NCBI GenBank assembly: GCA_965657505.1
Contig: CBFHON010000004.1
Coordinates: forward strand, 96,346 to 160,345
Direction: 5' to 3'
DNA: 64,000 bases
From: Alphaproteobacteria bacterium
Lineage (GTDB): Bacteria; Pseudomonadota; Alphaproteobacteria; TMED109
The notes under the pieces: generated by a model
What the model was told of the DNA's origin: nothing
What the model saw: the letters and a program-made list of their open reading frames with translations, nothing else
The model's database searches: none
Shown: piece by piece, positions 9,500 to 19,714 of the stretch
Position numbering within the stretch: position 1 is the first letter of the stretch
Layout: every line of letters begins with the position of its first letter
Program-made: the position numbers and the translations under genes

Positions 9500-10267
9500 A
9501 TGATCATAAAAACTTTATTCCTATTCTTATATATATCTATATTTAATATTTTCATTATTAAATCAATATTGGCTGAAGAAACTTCTATAAATTTTGAAGA
9601 TGGAAGTACATATAAAGGAGAAATTTTGGAAGGAAAAATGGAAGGTAAGGGGACCTTTGTTTCTGCAAAAAACCAAAATAACCAAATATTAAAATATAAT
9701 GGAGATTTTAAAAATGGTAAATTTGATGGAGTAGGAACTTTAAAATTTTATAATGGAGACAATTATAATGGTGACTTTTTTGACGGTGTAATGCATGGAA
9801 AAGGCAAATTAGAGTATAAAAACGGATCTATTTATGAAGGAATGTTTGTAAAAGGTAAAAAAGAAGGAAAAGGTAAAATTTTATATAGTGACGGCGTAGT
9901 TTATTCTGGCGATTTTATAAATGATAAGATTGAAGGTATTGGAAAAATTGTTTACGAGAAAGGAAATGAATATACAGGAGAATTTTTTAATAATCTAATG
10001 CATGGCAACGGAGCTATTATTTTTAAGGATGGAAGCTCGTACAAAGGAAATTTTATAAATGGTAACTATAATGGAGAAGGAATATTTACTTTTCCTGATG
10101 GAACTTACTATAAAGGTGAATTTAAGAATGGCGTTAGAGATGGACCAGGTGAATTAATATATATTGATAATACACGACAGTCAGGCATATTTAAAAATGG
10201 TGATTTTGTTGGTGAGGTAATAATTAAATTCCCTGATGGCACTGTGCAAAAGAAGTATGTAGACTAA
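9500..10267 (+). CDS. Secreted MORN-repeat protein
   Basis: N-terminal signal-like hydrophobic segment, followed by about nine tandem ~23-aa Y-x-G-[DE]-F-x-x-G-x-x-x-G-x-G repeats (e.g. YNGDFKNGKFDGVGTL, YSGDFINDKIEGIGKI). Confidence 0.8.
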   Translation: MIIKTLFLFLYISIFNIFIIKSILAEETSINFEDGSTYKGEILEGKMEGKGTFVSAKNQNNQILKYNGDFKNGKFDGVGTLKFYNGDNYNGDFFDGVMHGKGKLEYKNGSIYEGMFVKGKKEGKGKILYSDGVVYSGDFINDKIEGIGKIVYEKGNEYTGEFFNNLMHGNGAIIFKDGSSYKGNFINGNYNGEGIFTFPDGTYYKGEFKNGVRDGPGELIYIDNTRQSGIFKNGDFVGEVIIKFPDGTVQKKYVD

Positions 10268-10274
10268 TAATACC

Positions 10275-11930
10275 CTACATATTAGGATAATTAGGGCCCC
10301 CTCCTCCTTCGGGAGCGGTCCAATTAATGTTTTGTGAAGGGTCTTTAATATCACAAGTTTTACAGTGTAGACAATTTTGAGAATTAATTTGTAATTTTTT
10401 GGTATTATTCTCTTCGATTATTTCGTAAACACCTGCAGGACAATAAAGTTGTTCAGGAGAGTTATAAATTGCTAAATTATGCTTTATAGGGATGTCTTTA
10501 TTTATGAGTTCTAAATGGCATGGTTGGTTTTCAGAATGGTTTGTACCAGAGAATGATAAGTTAGTTAATCTATCAAAGCCAAAAATTCCATCTGCTTTTT
10601 TATATATTATTTTTTCATATTGACTTGCTGGTTTAGTAGCATTGTGATCTGCATGATTTAGCTTTAAAGTCCATGGTGCTTTGCCGTTAAATACTTTTTG
10701 ATCTAATGCACCTAATATAGTTCCAAGTATTAAACCATATTTAAATCCAGGCCTAAAGTTTCTTGCCTTTTTTAATTCTATTCCTGCCCATGAATTATAA
10801 AAATTATTCTCATATTCCTTTAATTCTAAGTTAGTTTTTGAGTTTATATCTAATTTTTTTATAATTGTCTCTGCTGCAACTATTCCGGATTTCATAGCTG
10901 TATGAGTTCCTTTTATTTTAGGAACATTTAATGTACCTGCTTCACATCCTATTAGTGCTCCGCCTGGAAAATATAATTTTGGTAATGATTGATATCCTCC
11001 CTCATTGAGAGCTCTTGCTCCATATGCAATTCTTCTACCATTTTTAAGTATTTTTTTTATTTCTGGATGAGTTTTAAATTTTTGGAATTCTTCATAAGGA
11101 CTTATATAAGGGTTTTTATAATCAAGCCCCATAACAAAACCAATCGAAATTTGATTTTTATCCATATGATACAGAAACGATCCTCCATATATATCGTTAG
11201 AAAGAGGCCATCCTGCAGAATGCATAATGCTGCCTTCCTTATGATTTTCTTTATCTATTTCCCAAATTTCTTTAAGTCCTATACCGTATGACTGCGGAGA
11301 TTTTCCTTCGTCAAGATTATATTTTTTTATTAATTGTTTTCCTAGATGACCTCTGCATCCTTCTGCAAATAATGTATATTTTCCTATCAATTCTATACCG
11401 GGTTCAAATGAAGAAGATTTAACAAAATCCTTATCAACTCCCATATCACCAGTTGCAATCCCAATTACAGAATCCTTTTCATCAAATAAAATTTCTTTAG
11501 CTGCGAATCCTGGATAAATTTCAACACCTAAGTTTTCCGCTTCACCCGCTAACCATCTGCACATATTAGAGAGACTTATGATAAAATTATTATGATTTTT
11601 CATTGATTTAGGTAGTAAAAAATTAGGCAATCTTATACTTTTACTCTCACTCAGGAATATGAACTTTTCTTGAACAACAGGTGACATTGTTGGATGAGAC
11701 ATATCTTTCCAATTAGGAAAAAGTTCTTCTAAAGCTTTTGTTTCAAAAACTGCTCCAGATAATATATGCGCTCCTACCTCTGGTCCTTTTTCAACTATAC
11801 AAACTGACAGTTCTCTATTATTTATTTTAGCTAATTGCTTTAATTTTATTGCTGAAGATAGGCCGGCTGGACCTGCACCTACTATAACTACATCGTACTC
11901 CATTTTTTCTCTATCAGATCTCATTTTCAC
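10275..11930 (-). CDS. Electron-transfer flavoprotein:ubiquinone oxidoreductase (ETF-QO)
   Basis: N-terminal FAD motif VVIVGAGPAGLS, C-terminal 4Fe-4S motif CPAGVYE...CLHCKTCDIKDP, and typical length (551 aa). Confidence 0.9.
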   Translation of the reverse strand: MKMRSDREKMEYDVVIVGAGPAGLSSAIKLKQLAKINNRELSVCIVEKGPEVGAHILSGAVFETKALEELFPNWKDMSHPTMSPVVQEKFIFLSESKSIRLPNFLLPKSMKNHNNFIISLSNMCRWLAGEAENLGVEIYPGFAAKEILFDEKDSVIGIATGDMGVDKDFVKSSSFEPGIELIGKYTLFAEGCRGHLGKQLIKKYNLDEGKSPQSYGIGLKEIWEIDKENHKEGSIMHSAGWPLSNDIYGGSFLYHMDKNQISIGFVMGLDYKNPYISPYEEFQKFKTHPEIKKILKNGRRIAYGARALNEGGYQSLPKLYFPGGALIGCEAGTLNVPKIKGTHTAMKSGIVAAETIIKKLDINSKTNLELKEYENNFYNSWAGIELKKARNFRPGFKYGLILGTILGALDQKVFNGKAPWTLKLNHADHNATKPASQYEKIIYKKADGIFGFDRLTNLSFSGTNHSENQPCHLELINKDIPIKHNLAIYNSPEQLYCPAGVYEIIEENNTKKLQINSQNCLHCKTCDIKDPSQNINWTAPEGGGGPNYPNM

Positions 11931-11956
11931 CTCATATAATGTGAATAAAATATTAT

Positions 11957-12748
11957 TTATAGCTTTTCAATAATATCCATAAAATAATTATATGTTTCTA
12001 TATTAGCTGCAGCTATTACTGATCTATCGGATGCTGCTTCTTTTCTATCCCAAGAAGAAATAATTCCTCCTGCTGCTTCAATAATTGCTCTTGCTGCTGC
12101 AACATCCCATATTTCTAGGTCTTTTTCTATTACTAAGTCTATCGTTCCCGCCGCACACATACCATATCCCCAACAGTCGGTCCCATGACGAATAAATAAT
12201 GTTTTATCAGAGACTAAATTATATATAGTTTTATCTCTATCATTTTCAATAAACATTGCAGGGTCCGTAATAGCACAAATAGTTTCCTTGATAGATATAA
12301 ATTGTTTAGTTCTTACTAATTTGTTATTTAAAAAACTACCTTTTGAACTTCCCCAAATTCTATCTTTTGTAATAGGTTGGTCTATTAAACCTAATACAGG
12401 ATTTTTATCTTTAATTAAACCTATCATTGTTCCAAAAACAGGTAATCCAGATACAAAAGCTTTAGTTCCATCTATCGGATCTAGAATCCAGACATATTCT
12501 GCATTTTCATTTTCAGAACCTAATTCTTCTCCTATTATACCATGATTAGGAAAAGTTTTATTTATTAATTTTCTCATTATTTTTTCTGATTTAGAATCAG
12601 CGTGTGTAACAATTTGTGGGCGCCTATTATTTTTAGTGGGCTTAATCTCCCAATTACTTGTTTTACGAAAAGAACTTTTTATTTCATCTTCTATAGAATC
12701 TGCTAATTCGTGAGCAAATTTCATATATATTTCATCATTACTTTTCAT
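11957..12748 (-). CDS. Inositol monophosphatase family protein (possibly HisN-type histidinol-phosphatase)
   Basis: IMPase motifs WILDPIDGTKAF and IWDVAAARAIIEAAGG. The specific substrate cannot be decided from sequence alone. Confidence 0.8.
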   Translation of the reverse strand: MKSNDEIYMKFAHELADSIEDEIKSSFRKTSNWEIKPTKNNRRPQIVTHADSKSEKIMRKLINKTFPNHGIIGEELGSENENAEYVWILDPIDGTKAFVSGLPVFGTMIGLIKDKNPVLGLIDQPITKDRIWGSSKGSFLNNKLVRTKQFISIKETICAITDPAMFIENDRDKTIYNLVSDKTLFIRHGTDCWGYGMCAAGTIDLVIEKDLEIWDVAAARAIIEAAGGIISSWDRKEAASDRSVIAAANIETYNYFMDIIEKL

Positions 12749-12881
12749 TTTAATCCTAATTTAAATATAATAATTTGGACATTTGCATGATATTATAATT
12801 ATAACAAGTATGAAATTTAGGATATTTAATTTTTATTAAATTTTATGAATCTCTTATGTTATAATTTTAAATAATAATAAC

Positions 12882-13760
12882 TTGGATAATTATATGTATA
12901 ATTTTTTTTCTATAATAAAATATTTAATTTTTAGTTTATTATTTATTATTATTTCCTGTTCTTCTAATTCTTCTAAAATCAATAAGGTAGAAAATATAGA
13001 AAGAAATGTTGATGAAATTTATAATTCAGCTATGCAATATATGGATGATAATAAATATATGAAAGCATACGAAGAATTTACAGAAGTAGAGAGGCTTCAT
13101 CCATATTCTATTTGGGCTACAAGGGCTCAATTAATGACTTCATATGCAAACTATAAATTATATCAACATGAAGATTCTATATCTGGAGCAAAAAGATATA
13201 TAGAACTTCATCCAGGAGCAAGTGATATAGATTATGCTTTTTATCTAATTTCATTAAATTATTATGAACAAATAAATGATTATAGAAGAGATCAATCTCT
13301 AACAAATAGAGCTAAAGAAGCATTTAATAATTTAATTAGAAGGTTTCCTAATTCAGAATATGCTAGAGATGCAAAATTAAAACTAGATTTAGTAAATGAT
13401 CATTTAGCAGCTAAAGAAATGGATGTAGGGCGTACATATCAGAATTTAGATAATTATATTGCGGCCTTAAATAGGTTTAAAACAGTAGTTGATAGTTACT
13501 CAAAAACTAGTCATGTACCTGAAGCATTAGCACGTTTAACTGAAACATATTTTAGGCTGGGGTTATACGATGAAGCTAAAGTATATGCTTCAGTTCTAGG
13601 CCATAATTACCCTCAAAATAAATGGTATAAATATGTATACTCATTATTTGAAGATAAAAAAAATATATTATTGTCAGAGAAAACCGAAATTAATAAAAAT
13701 GAAGGTTCATTTATCGATATTTTAAATGAATTTAAAGATATATTTGAAATTAAATATTAA
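12882..13760 (+). CDS. bamD: Outer membrane protein assembly factor BamD (YfiO) lipoprotein
   Basis: Lipobox LLFIIISC followed by TPR-like helical repeats. The position upstream of recN is as in many alphaproteobacteria. Start is TTG 12882 or ATG 12894. Confidence 0.75.
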   Translation: MDNYMYNFFSIIKYLIFSLLFIIISCSSNSSKINKVENIERNVDEIYNSAMQYMDDNKYMKAYEEFTEVERLHPYSIWATRAQLMTSYANYKLYQHEDSISGAKRYIELHPGASDIDYAFYLISLNYYEQINDYRRDQSLTNRAKEAFNNLIRRFPNSEYARDAKLKLDLVNDHLAAKEMDVGRTYQNLDNYIAALNRFKTVVDSYSKTSHVPEALARLTETYFRLGLYDEAKVYASVLGHNYPQNKWYKYVYSLFEDKKNILLSEKTEINKNEGSFIDILNEFKDIFEIKY

Positions 13761-13773
13761 TAGGTATTTTTTA

Positions 13774-15465
13774 ATGTTAAATTATATATCTATAAAAAAC
13801 ATAGTTTTGATAGAAAAATTAGAACTAAATTTCGAAGAAGGTTTTACTGTTCTCACGGGAGAAACGGGTGCAGGAAAATCTATTATAGTGGACGCTATAA
13901 ACTTAATACTCGGTAACAGAGCGGAAAAACGGCTAATTAAAAAAGGTAAGGATGAAGCAACTGTATCTGCTTTATTTACAGTGCGTAAGGACCATGAAGT
14001 AATAGGTTTAATACACGATAATGGTATATTTTTTGAAAATGAAATTCTTCTAAGAAGAAGAATATTATCTAATGGCAGAAGCCAATCATTTTTAAATGAT
14101 GAGCCAATATCTCTAAATTTTATGAAAGAAATTACTAGTTATTTAATAGAAGTTAATGGCCAAAATGATCAGTCAGGTTTATTAGAAAATTCAAACCATA
14201 TAAATATTTTAGATAATTGGGGTAATTTATCAAAGTACACTCAAGATTTAGCATTAGTTTATAATTTATATAAAGATAAAGTAGATATGTATAATGAATA
14301 TAAAGAAAAAATTAAGCTTTTTGAGAGTAATAAAAATCATTTAGCAGAAGATTTAGAAGAAATTATTCAATTAGATCTAAAAGATAATGAAGTTAATAAA
14401 TTAATAGAAAGTAAAAATTATTTAATGTCTATAGAAAAAATAAAGGAAAGCTTAACCCAGATTAACTTTTTATTAAAGGGAGATGCTGAATCGAAAGGTA
14501 TTTATGAAAGTCTGAGCCTTTCAAGAAAACAAATTTTAGCAATTTTATCACTTAATAAAAAATTATTTAATAGATTAGATGATGCTTTAGAAAAAACTAT
14601 TATAGAACTTAAAGAAACAGAAGCTATTTTAGGTGAGTGTTTAGATAGTATTGATGAAAATAATTTAAGTTTGGATGCAATAGAAAATAGAATTTCTTTG
14701 ATTAAAAGAATTGCTCGTAAGCATAATATAGAAGAAAATGAGATTGTTTCTCTTAAAGATAAGTTTGAAAATAAACTAAATAGTATAGAAAATTCAAATC
14801 AAGATTTAAAAATAATTGAAGATGAAATTAAAATATTAAGAAATGAATATAAATTAAATGCTTTAAAATTGTCTAAGTTAAGACATGAAGCATCGATAAA
14901 ATTATCAAAATTTGTAAATAGTGAGTTTCCTATACTAAAGCTAGAAAGTGCTAAGTTTAACTCTTCATTAAATGAGCTAGACGAAAATAATTGGAAACCA
15001 AATGGAATAGATAAAGTTATTTTTAAAATTGAGACAAATAAGGATTCAGGCTTTGATTTTATTTCTAAAATTGCCTCTGGTGGAGAATTATCAAGAATAA
15101 TACTTGCAATTAAAGTTTCTTTAATTGCAGAACATAAAAATATTAATTCAAAAACTTTAATATTTGATGAGGTTGATACGGGAGTAGGAGGGGCAGTAGC
15201 AGATGCAATTGGAAAAAGACTTGAATTACTCGGGCAGCATAATCAAGTTCTAGCTGTTACTCATCATCCTCAAGTCGCTGCGCGTTCTAGTAATCATTTT
15301 AAAGTTAATAAGAGTAATAAAGATAGTTATTCTTCTACTAGTATAAATAATTTAAATTATGATGAACGCTTGGAAGAAATAGCAAGAATGCTATCTGGAG
15401 AGAGAATAACTGATGCTGCTCGAAAAGCTGCTGAAAGTTTATTTAAGGAAAATAAAAATATATGA
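13774..15465 (+). CDS. recN: DNA repair protein RecN
   Basis: Walker A GETGAGKSI, signature SGGELSR, Walker B LIFDEVDTGVGG, and a long coiled-coil middle. I chose the in-frame ATG at 13774 (MLNYISIKN...) rather than the track start at 13726, which overlaps bamD. Confidence 0.9.
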   Translation: MLNYISIKNIVLIEKLELNFEEGFTVLTGETGAGKSIIVDAINLILGNRAEKRLIKKGKDEATVSALFTVRKDHEVIGLIHDNGIFFENEILLRRRILSNGRSQSFLNDEPISLNFMKEITSYLIEVNGQNDQSGLLENSNHINILDNWGNLSKYTQDLALVYNLYKDKVDMYNEYKEKIKLFESNKNHLAEDLEEIIQLDLKDNEVNKLIESKNYLMSIEKIKESLTQINFLLKGDAESKGIYESLSLSRKQILAILSLNKKLFNRLDDALEKTIIELKETEAILGECLDSIDENNLSLDAIENRISLIKRIARKHNIEENEIVSLKDKFENKLNSIENSNQDLKIIEDEIKILRNEYKLNALKLSKLRHEASIKLSKFVNSEFPILKLESAKFNSSLNELDENNWKPNGIDKVIFKIETNKDSGFDFISKIASGGELSRIILAIKVSLIAEHKNINSKTLIFDEVDTGVGGAVADAIGKRLELLGQHNQVLAVTHHPQVAARSSNHFKVNKSNKDSYSSTSINNLNYDERLEEIARMLSGERITDAARKAAESLFKENKNI

Positions 15466-15484
15466 TTAATTTTGGGTTTAAATA

Positions 15485-17545
15485 ATGAAAGAAGATGAAG
15501 TAACTAGTAAGCTAAAAAAACTGGCTAGACTTATAGAGTACCATAATAATTTATATTATAATGAAGATAACCCTGAAATATCTGATGCTGATTATGATAA
15601 TTTAAGAATTGAAAATATAGAATTAGAAAAAAAATTTCCAGACTTAGTTCTTTTAAATAGTCCAACTAAGAAAGTAGGTGCTGAATTAACCTCAGCTTTT
15701 AAAAAAGTGAGGCACTCAGTTCCAATGCTTTCTCTAGGAAATACTTTTACAAAAGATGATGTACAAGATTATCTTGATAAAACTAGAAGATTTCTTCAAA
15801 TAGATAATAATACGAAGCTTGAATTCATTGCAGAACCAAAAATAGATGGTTTATCTGCAACTTTGATATATAAAAATGGTAAATTAATAATTGGTGCTAC
15901 TCGGGGAGATGGTAAGCAAGGAGAAAATATTACTGCAAACATTAAAACAATAAAAGAAATTCCTCATTATTTATCAGGTAAATTTCCTGATGAGTTAGAA
16001 ATTAGAGGTGAAATATATATAGCTAATTCAGAATTTGAGAAGCTTAATGATTCAAGATTAAAAGAGTCGTTACCTGTATTTGCAAATCCTAGAAATGCTG
16101 CTGCTGGCTCAGTTAGGCAATTAGATTCTAGTATCACTGCATCTAGAAAGTTAGGTTTTTTTGCATATAATTGGGGGCACATATCTGAGCCCATCGGCAA
16201 TTCACTAGTTGAAATTAGAAAATTTATTTCAGGATTAGGCTTCAATTTGAACCATCCAGTAGAATTGTGTTCTGATTTAGAACAAATGATAGAATTTTAT
16301 AATAAATTATATCAAAATAGGTCTAGTTTAGACTTTGATATAGATGGGATAGTATATAAATTAAATAATATTAATTTTTATGATCGTCTTGGTTCTACTG
16401 AACACTCTCCTAGATTTGCGGTGTCTCATAAATTTCCTGCAGAATTAGGAGTTACTCTACTAAATAATGTTAAATTTCAGGTAGGAAGAACTGGAGCAAT
16501 CACTCCAGTTGCTGAATTTAAACCTGTCACTATTGGAGGAGTTAGAATACAAAGAGCAAGTTTACATAATAAAGATGAAATTCAGAGATTAGGTTTAGTT
16601 ATTGGAGATACAGTTTCAGTTAAGAGGGCTGGTGATGTTATTCCTCAAATAGTTAGCTATAATCCTAAATTAAGGCCTCAAAAATATAAAAAAATAATTT
16701 TTCCTGAACAGTGCCCGTCTTGTAATAATTATTTAGAATTTGAGAAAGATGATACGATAATACGCTGCTTAAATCATACAAATTGTAGTGAACAAATCAT
16801 AGGACAATTAATTCATTTTGTCTCAAGAAATGCATTTAATATTGATGGTTTAGGAGAAAAACAGATTATAGAATTATATAATAATAATTTAATCAGGGAG
16901 CCTGCGGATATATTTAGTCTTGCATCTCCAACCGAATATAAAAAACATGAATTAATAATTAAACTTCCTGGATGGGGAAAATTATCTTTATCTAACTTAA
17001 TATTTTCAATAAATAATTCTAGAGAGCAACCTATTGAAAAAGTTTTATATTCTCTTGGAATTCGTCATCTAGGTTTAGGTACAGCTAAACTTATATCAAA
17101 AAATTTTAATACATCGAAAGATTTGATAAATAGAATTTTAAATATTAATGAGGGTAATAAAGAATATTTAGTTAATGATTTAAAATTGATCAATGGAATT
17201 GGTGAGAAAGCAATTCAATCTTTTATTTCTTATTTTGAAAATAGTAAATTATTATTTACTAATTTACTTAATCACATAAATATTTCTGAATTTAAATTGA
17301 GACAAGATACTTCACATTTCTTCTTTGGCAAAAGACTAGTTTTTACCGGAAAGTTTGAGAATTTATCTCGAACAGAAATAAAAAATAAATCCGAACAAAT
17401 TGGAGCTTTAATTTCTTCGCAAATCTCTAGTAAAACAGATTTCCTAGTAGCTGGATTAAAACCAGGATCAAAAGTTACAAAAGCTAAAGAGCTTGATGTT
17501 AATATTATAGGTGAAAAAGATTTTTTATCTTATTTTAATTCATGA
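15485..17545 (+). CDS. ligA: NAD-dependent DNA ligase
   Basis: Adenylation motif EPKIDGLS, Zn finger CPSC...C..NC, HhH region and C-terminal BRCT. Confidence 0.95.
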   Translation: MKEDEVTSKLKKLARLIEYHNNLYYNEDNPEISDADYDNLRIENIELEKKFPDLVLLNSPTKKVGAELTSAFKKVRHSVPMLSLGNTFTKDDVQDYLDKTRRFLQIDNNTKLEFIAEPKIDGLSATLIYKNGKLIIGATRGDGKQGENITANIKTIKEIPHYLSGKFPDELEIRGEIYIANSEFEKLNDSRLKESLPVFANPRNAAAGSVRQLDSSITASRKLGFFAYNWGHISEPIGNSLVEIRKFISGLGFNLNHPVELCSDLEQMIEFYNKLYQNRSSLDFDIDGIVYKLNNINFYDRLGSTEHSPRFAVSHKFPAELGVTLLNNVKFQVGRTGAITPVAEFKPVTIGGVRIQRASLHNKDEIQRLGLVIGDTVSVKRAGDVIPQIVSYNPKLRPQKYKKIIFPEQCPSCNNYLEFEKDDTIIRCLNHTNCSEQIIGQLIHFVSRNAFNIDGLGEKQIIELYNNNLIREPADIFSLASPTEYKKHELIIKLPGWGKLSLSNLIFSINNSREQPIEKVLYSLGIRHLGLGTAKLISKNFNTSKDLINRILNINEGNKEYLVNDLKLINGIGEKAIQSFISYFENSKLLFTNLLNHINISEFKLRQDTSHFFFGKRLVFTGKFENLSRTEIKNKSEQIGALISSQISSKTDFLVAGLKPGSKVTKAKELDVNIIGEKDFLSYFNS

Positions 17546-19336
17546 TTTTAAGAAAGGAGTACATACTTTTTTTAACCATTTTCTATTCTCTCTATCTAAA
17601 TTATTAGATATTTTTTCATAAACTTTATTATGATAATTATTTAACCAAAATATTTCTTCTTTAGTTAATAAGTCATAATTAACTAAATTAATATCAATAG
17701 GTGCTAGCGTAAGTGTTTCAAAAGTAAGCATATTTTTATTATTCTTATTTTTAATTTTTTTAACTAACATTAAATTTTCAATTCTAATTCCGTATTTATT
17801 TGTTAAATAAAAACCTGGTTCATTAGAAGTTATCATTCCAGGCTCTAAAATAGTGAAAGAACCTTTAGATATTCTATGTGGCCCTTCATGCACACTTAAA
17901 CATGAGCCTACTCCATGTCCGGTGCCATGTCCGTAGTTAAGGTCTTTCTTCCAGAGTGGTAACCTAGCTAGTAAATCTAAATCATTACCAGTAGTGCCAT
18001 ATGGAAATATGGCGCTTGCTAGAGCTATATGGCCTTTCAAAACCGTACTAAAATGCTCTTTCATGTTTTGAGTTGGCTTTCCAATTGCTACTGTTCTAGT
18101 AACATCTGTTGTCCCTTCTAAATATTGGCCTCCACTATCACATAAATAAAGATTGTTATTAGTAAACTGTTTATTACTTTTTTCTGTTACTCTATAATGA
18201 ACTATTGCGCCATTAGAGGCAAATCCACTAATTGTTTCAAATGAAGTACAGATAAAATTATCTTGCTTGGATCTTAATTTATCTATTTTATTTGAGGCAA
18301 CTAGTTCTGAATTAAGAGAAGTTTTAGACTTTTTTATCCAATACAAAAATTTAGATAAAGCTTCCCCATCTTTAATATGAGCAGAAATAGCTCCTTTGAT
18401 TTCTACTTTATTTTTTATAGATTTCATTTTTTCAATTGGGCATTTTTTTTCTATAAGATTAGTACTTTTAGATTTAATATTCTGCACCAATGCATATGAA
18501 ACATTACTAGGATCAATAAGAATTTTATTATTATTTTTTGATATTTTAATAATTTCTTTAATAATACTATCTGCAGGATAAATTTTTGTATTATTTTTTA
18601 AATGTCTTTGAATTTTTTTATCTATTCGTGAAGAGTCAATAAACAGAAATATATTACCATTACTAAATATAATTGCCCTCGTTAGAATAATAGGAGTGTG
18701 ATTAAGGTCCATACCTCTAATGTTAAGCAACCATGCTATAGCATCTGGGTGGTTTAATATATATGCGTTAACATTTAATTCCTTCATATATATACATAAC
18801 TTTTTAATTTTACTTGTTGAGTTTATACCTGCGTATTTTATTGGGTGTATATTAATTTTAGAATTAGGAATTTTATTTCTATCTTTATTCCAAAATAAAT
18901 CTATAGGATTTTCTTTTAATGATAAAAATTGAATATTATATTTCTTCCCAATATTTAATATTCCTTTGATATATGAGTATGAGTGAAGCCATGGATCATA
19001 AGCAATTTTATTATATTTTTTTGCGTTAGAAACTATATATTTTTCAAGTGACTGTTTGGAGGATAAAATAACTTTAATACCTGTATTTTTTGTTTCATTT
19101 TTTGCTTGTATTGTATATCTACTATCTACAAATAAAATGACTTGATTACGAAGTATTAATATTATTCCAGCAGAACCAGAAAAACCACTTAACCATTTAA
19201 GTCTTGCATCACATTCAGGAACATACTCACCTAAATAGCTATCAGCTCTTGGTTGAATAAATCCGTCCAAATTATTTTTAGTTAAATAATTCTGGATAAA
19301 TTTTATTCTTTTAATAGTAGTAAAATTATTATTCAT
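17540..19336 (-). CDS. pepP: Xaa-Pro aminopeptidase (M24B, long form with creatinase-like N-domains)
   Basis: M24 metal-ligand motifs HGTGHGVG, SNEPGFY and IRIEN. Length is 598 aa. Confidence 0.85.
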   Translation of the reverse strand: MNNNFTTIKRIKFIQNYLTKNNLDGFIQPRADSYLGEYVPECDARLKWLSGFSGSAGIILILRNQVILFVDSRYTIQAKNETKNTGIKVILSSKQSLEKYIVSNAKKYNKIAYDPWLHSYSYIKGILNIGKKYNIQFLSLKENPIDLFWNKDRNKIPNSKINIHPIKYAGINSTSKIKKLCIYMKELNVNAYILNHPDAIAWLLNIRGMDLNHTPIILTRAIIFSNGNIFLFIDSSRIDKKIQRHLKNNTKIYPADSIIKEIIKISKNNNKILIDPSNVSYALVQNIKSKSTNLIEKKCPIEKMKSIKNKVEIKGAISAHIKDGEALSKFLYWIKKSKTSLNSELVASNKIDKLRSKQDNFICTSFETISGFASNGAIVHYRVTEKSNKQFTNNNLYLCDSGGQYLEGTTDVTRTVAIGKPTQNMKEHFSTVLKGHIALASAIFPYGTTGNDLDLLARLPLWKKDLNYGHGTGHGVGSCLSVHEGPHRISKGSFTILEPGMITSNEPGFYLTNKYGIRIENLMLVKKIKNKNNKNMLTFETLTLAPIDINLVNYDLLTKEEIFWLNNYHNKVYEKISNNLDRENRKWLKKVCTPFLKS

Positions 19337-19585
19337 AATACTAATATATATAAGTGAACTTAAATATTTTACAAAACAATCTTAAACAATTTTATAGCCA
19401 TGCTAAGAAAACATAACTGTATTGATGTATATAAGGCCAAATATTAGTTTTTTGGGCTAGGTATGCTTATTTTTCTATAAATTATCATTTTCTCATGTGT
19501 TTTTTGCATGCCTTATTTGTAACATTAATGTTACTAATTATGTACATACTATTTTATATAATTGGATAATAATAATAGTTTGTTA

Positions 19586-19709
19586 TTCCTCCCCTGATGA
19601 TATTATCATCTACTTATTTCAAATTATTATTATTTTATATATACAATGGCAGTTTGAGTATTCTCCTCCCCATATGAAATCCAAACTGCCATAAGTAAAT
19701 CAAGGAGAA
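19586..19709 (+). promoter_or_regulatory. Candidate structured RNA carrying two anti-Shine-Dalgarno motifs, the second in the loop of an 11-bp hairpin. It could be a cis translational regulator of the ORF at 19715 or a CcsR/cuckoo-like sRNA.
   Basis: TTCCTCCCC at 19586-19594 and TTCTCCTCCCC at 19661-19671. Perfect stem ATGGCAGTTTG (19646-19656) / CAAACTGCCAT (19682-19692). TTCTCCT (19661-19667) is the exact reverse complement of the SD AGGAGAA (19703-19709). Confidence 0.35.
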
Positions 19710-19714
19710 AATAT

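Noticed and set aside
12847-12851. GAATC (CcrM GANTC site) in the IMPase/bamD divergent promoter, and TTAA-N7-TTAA CtrA-like spacings in many spacers.
   Set aside because: Single 5-mers and TTAA-based motifs cannot be distinguished from background in this composition without genome-wide statistics.
19434-19458. Imperfect hairpin AGGCCAAA-N9-TTTGGGCT, considered as a terminator.
   Set aside because: It contains a G:G mismatch and has no adjacent T-run on either strand. It lies upstream, not downstream, of pepP, and no plus-strand gene ends there.
19594-19640. CTGATGA (19594-19600) resembles the hammerhead ribozyme core CUGAUGA.
   Set aside because: No stem II followed by GAAA is present downstream (the sequence continues TATTATCATCTACTTATTTCAAA). 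The heptamer is part of the GATGAT/ATCATC mini-hairpin instead.
19497-19694. 65-aa ORF (MFFACLICNINV...) listed in the track, in the pepP-prmA spacer.
   Set aside because: It has no SD. Its composition is what AT-rich non-coding DNA yields (I/Y/F/N-rich). It runs straight through the hairpin and C-rich motifs, which are better explained as RNA structure. The 6-codon mini-ORF at its end (ATGAAATCCAAACTGCCATAA) also lacks an SD.
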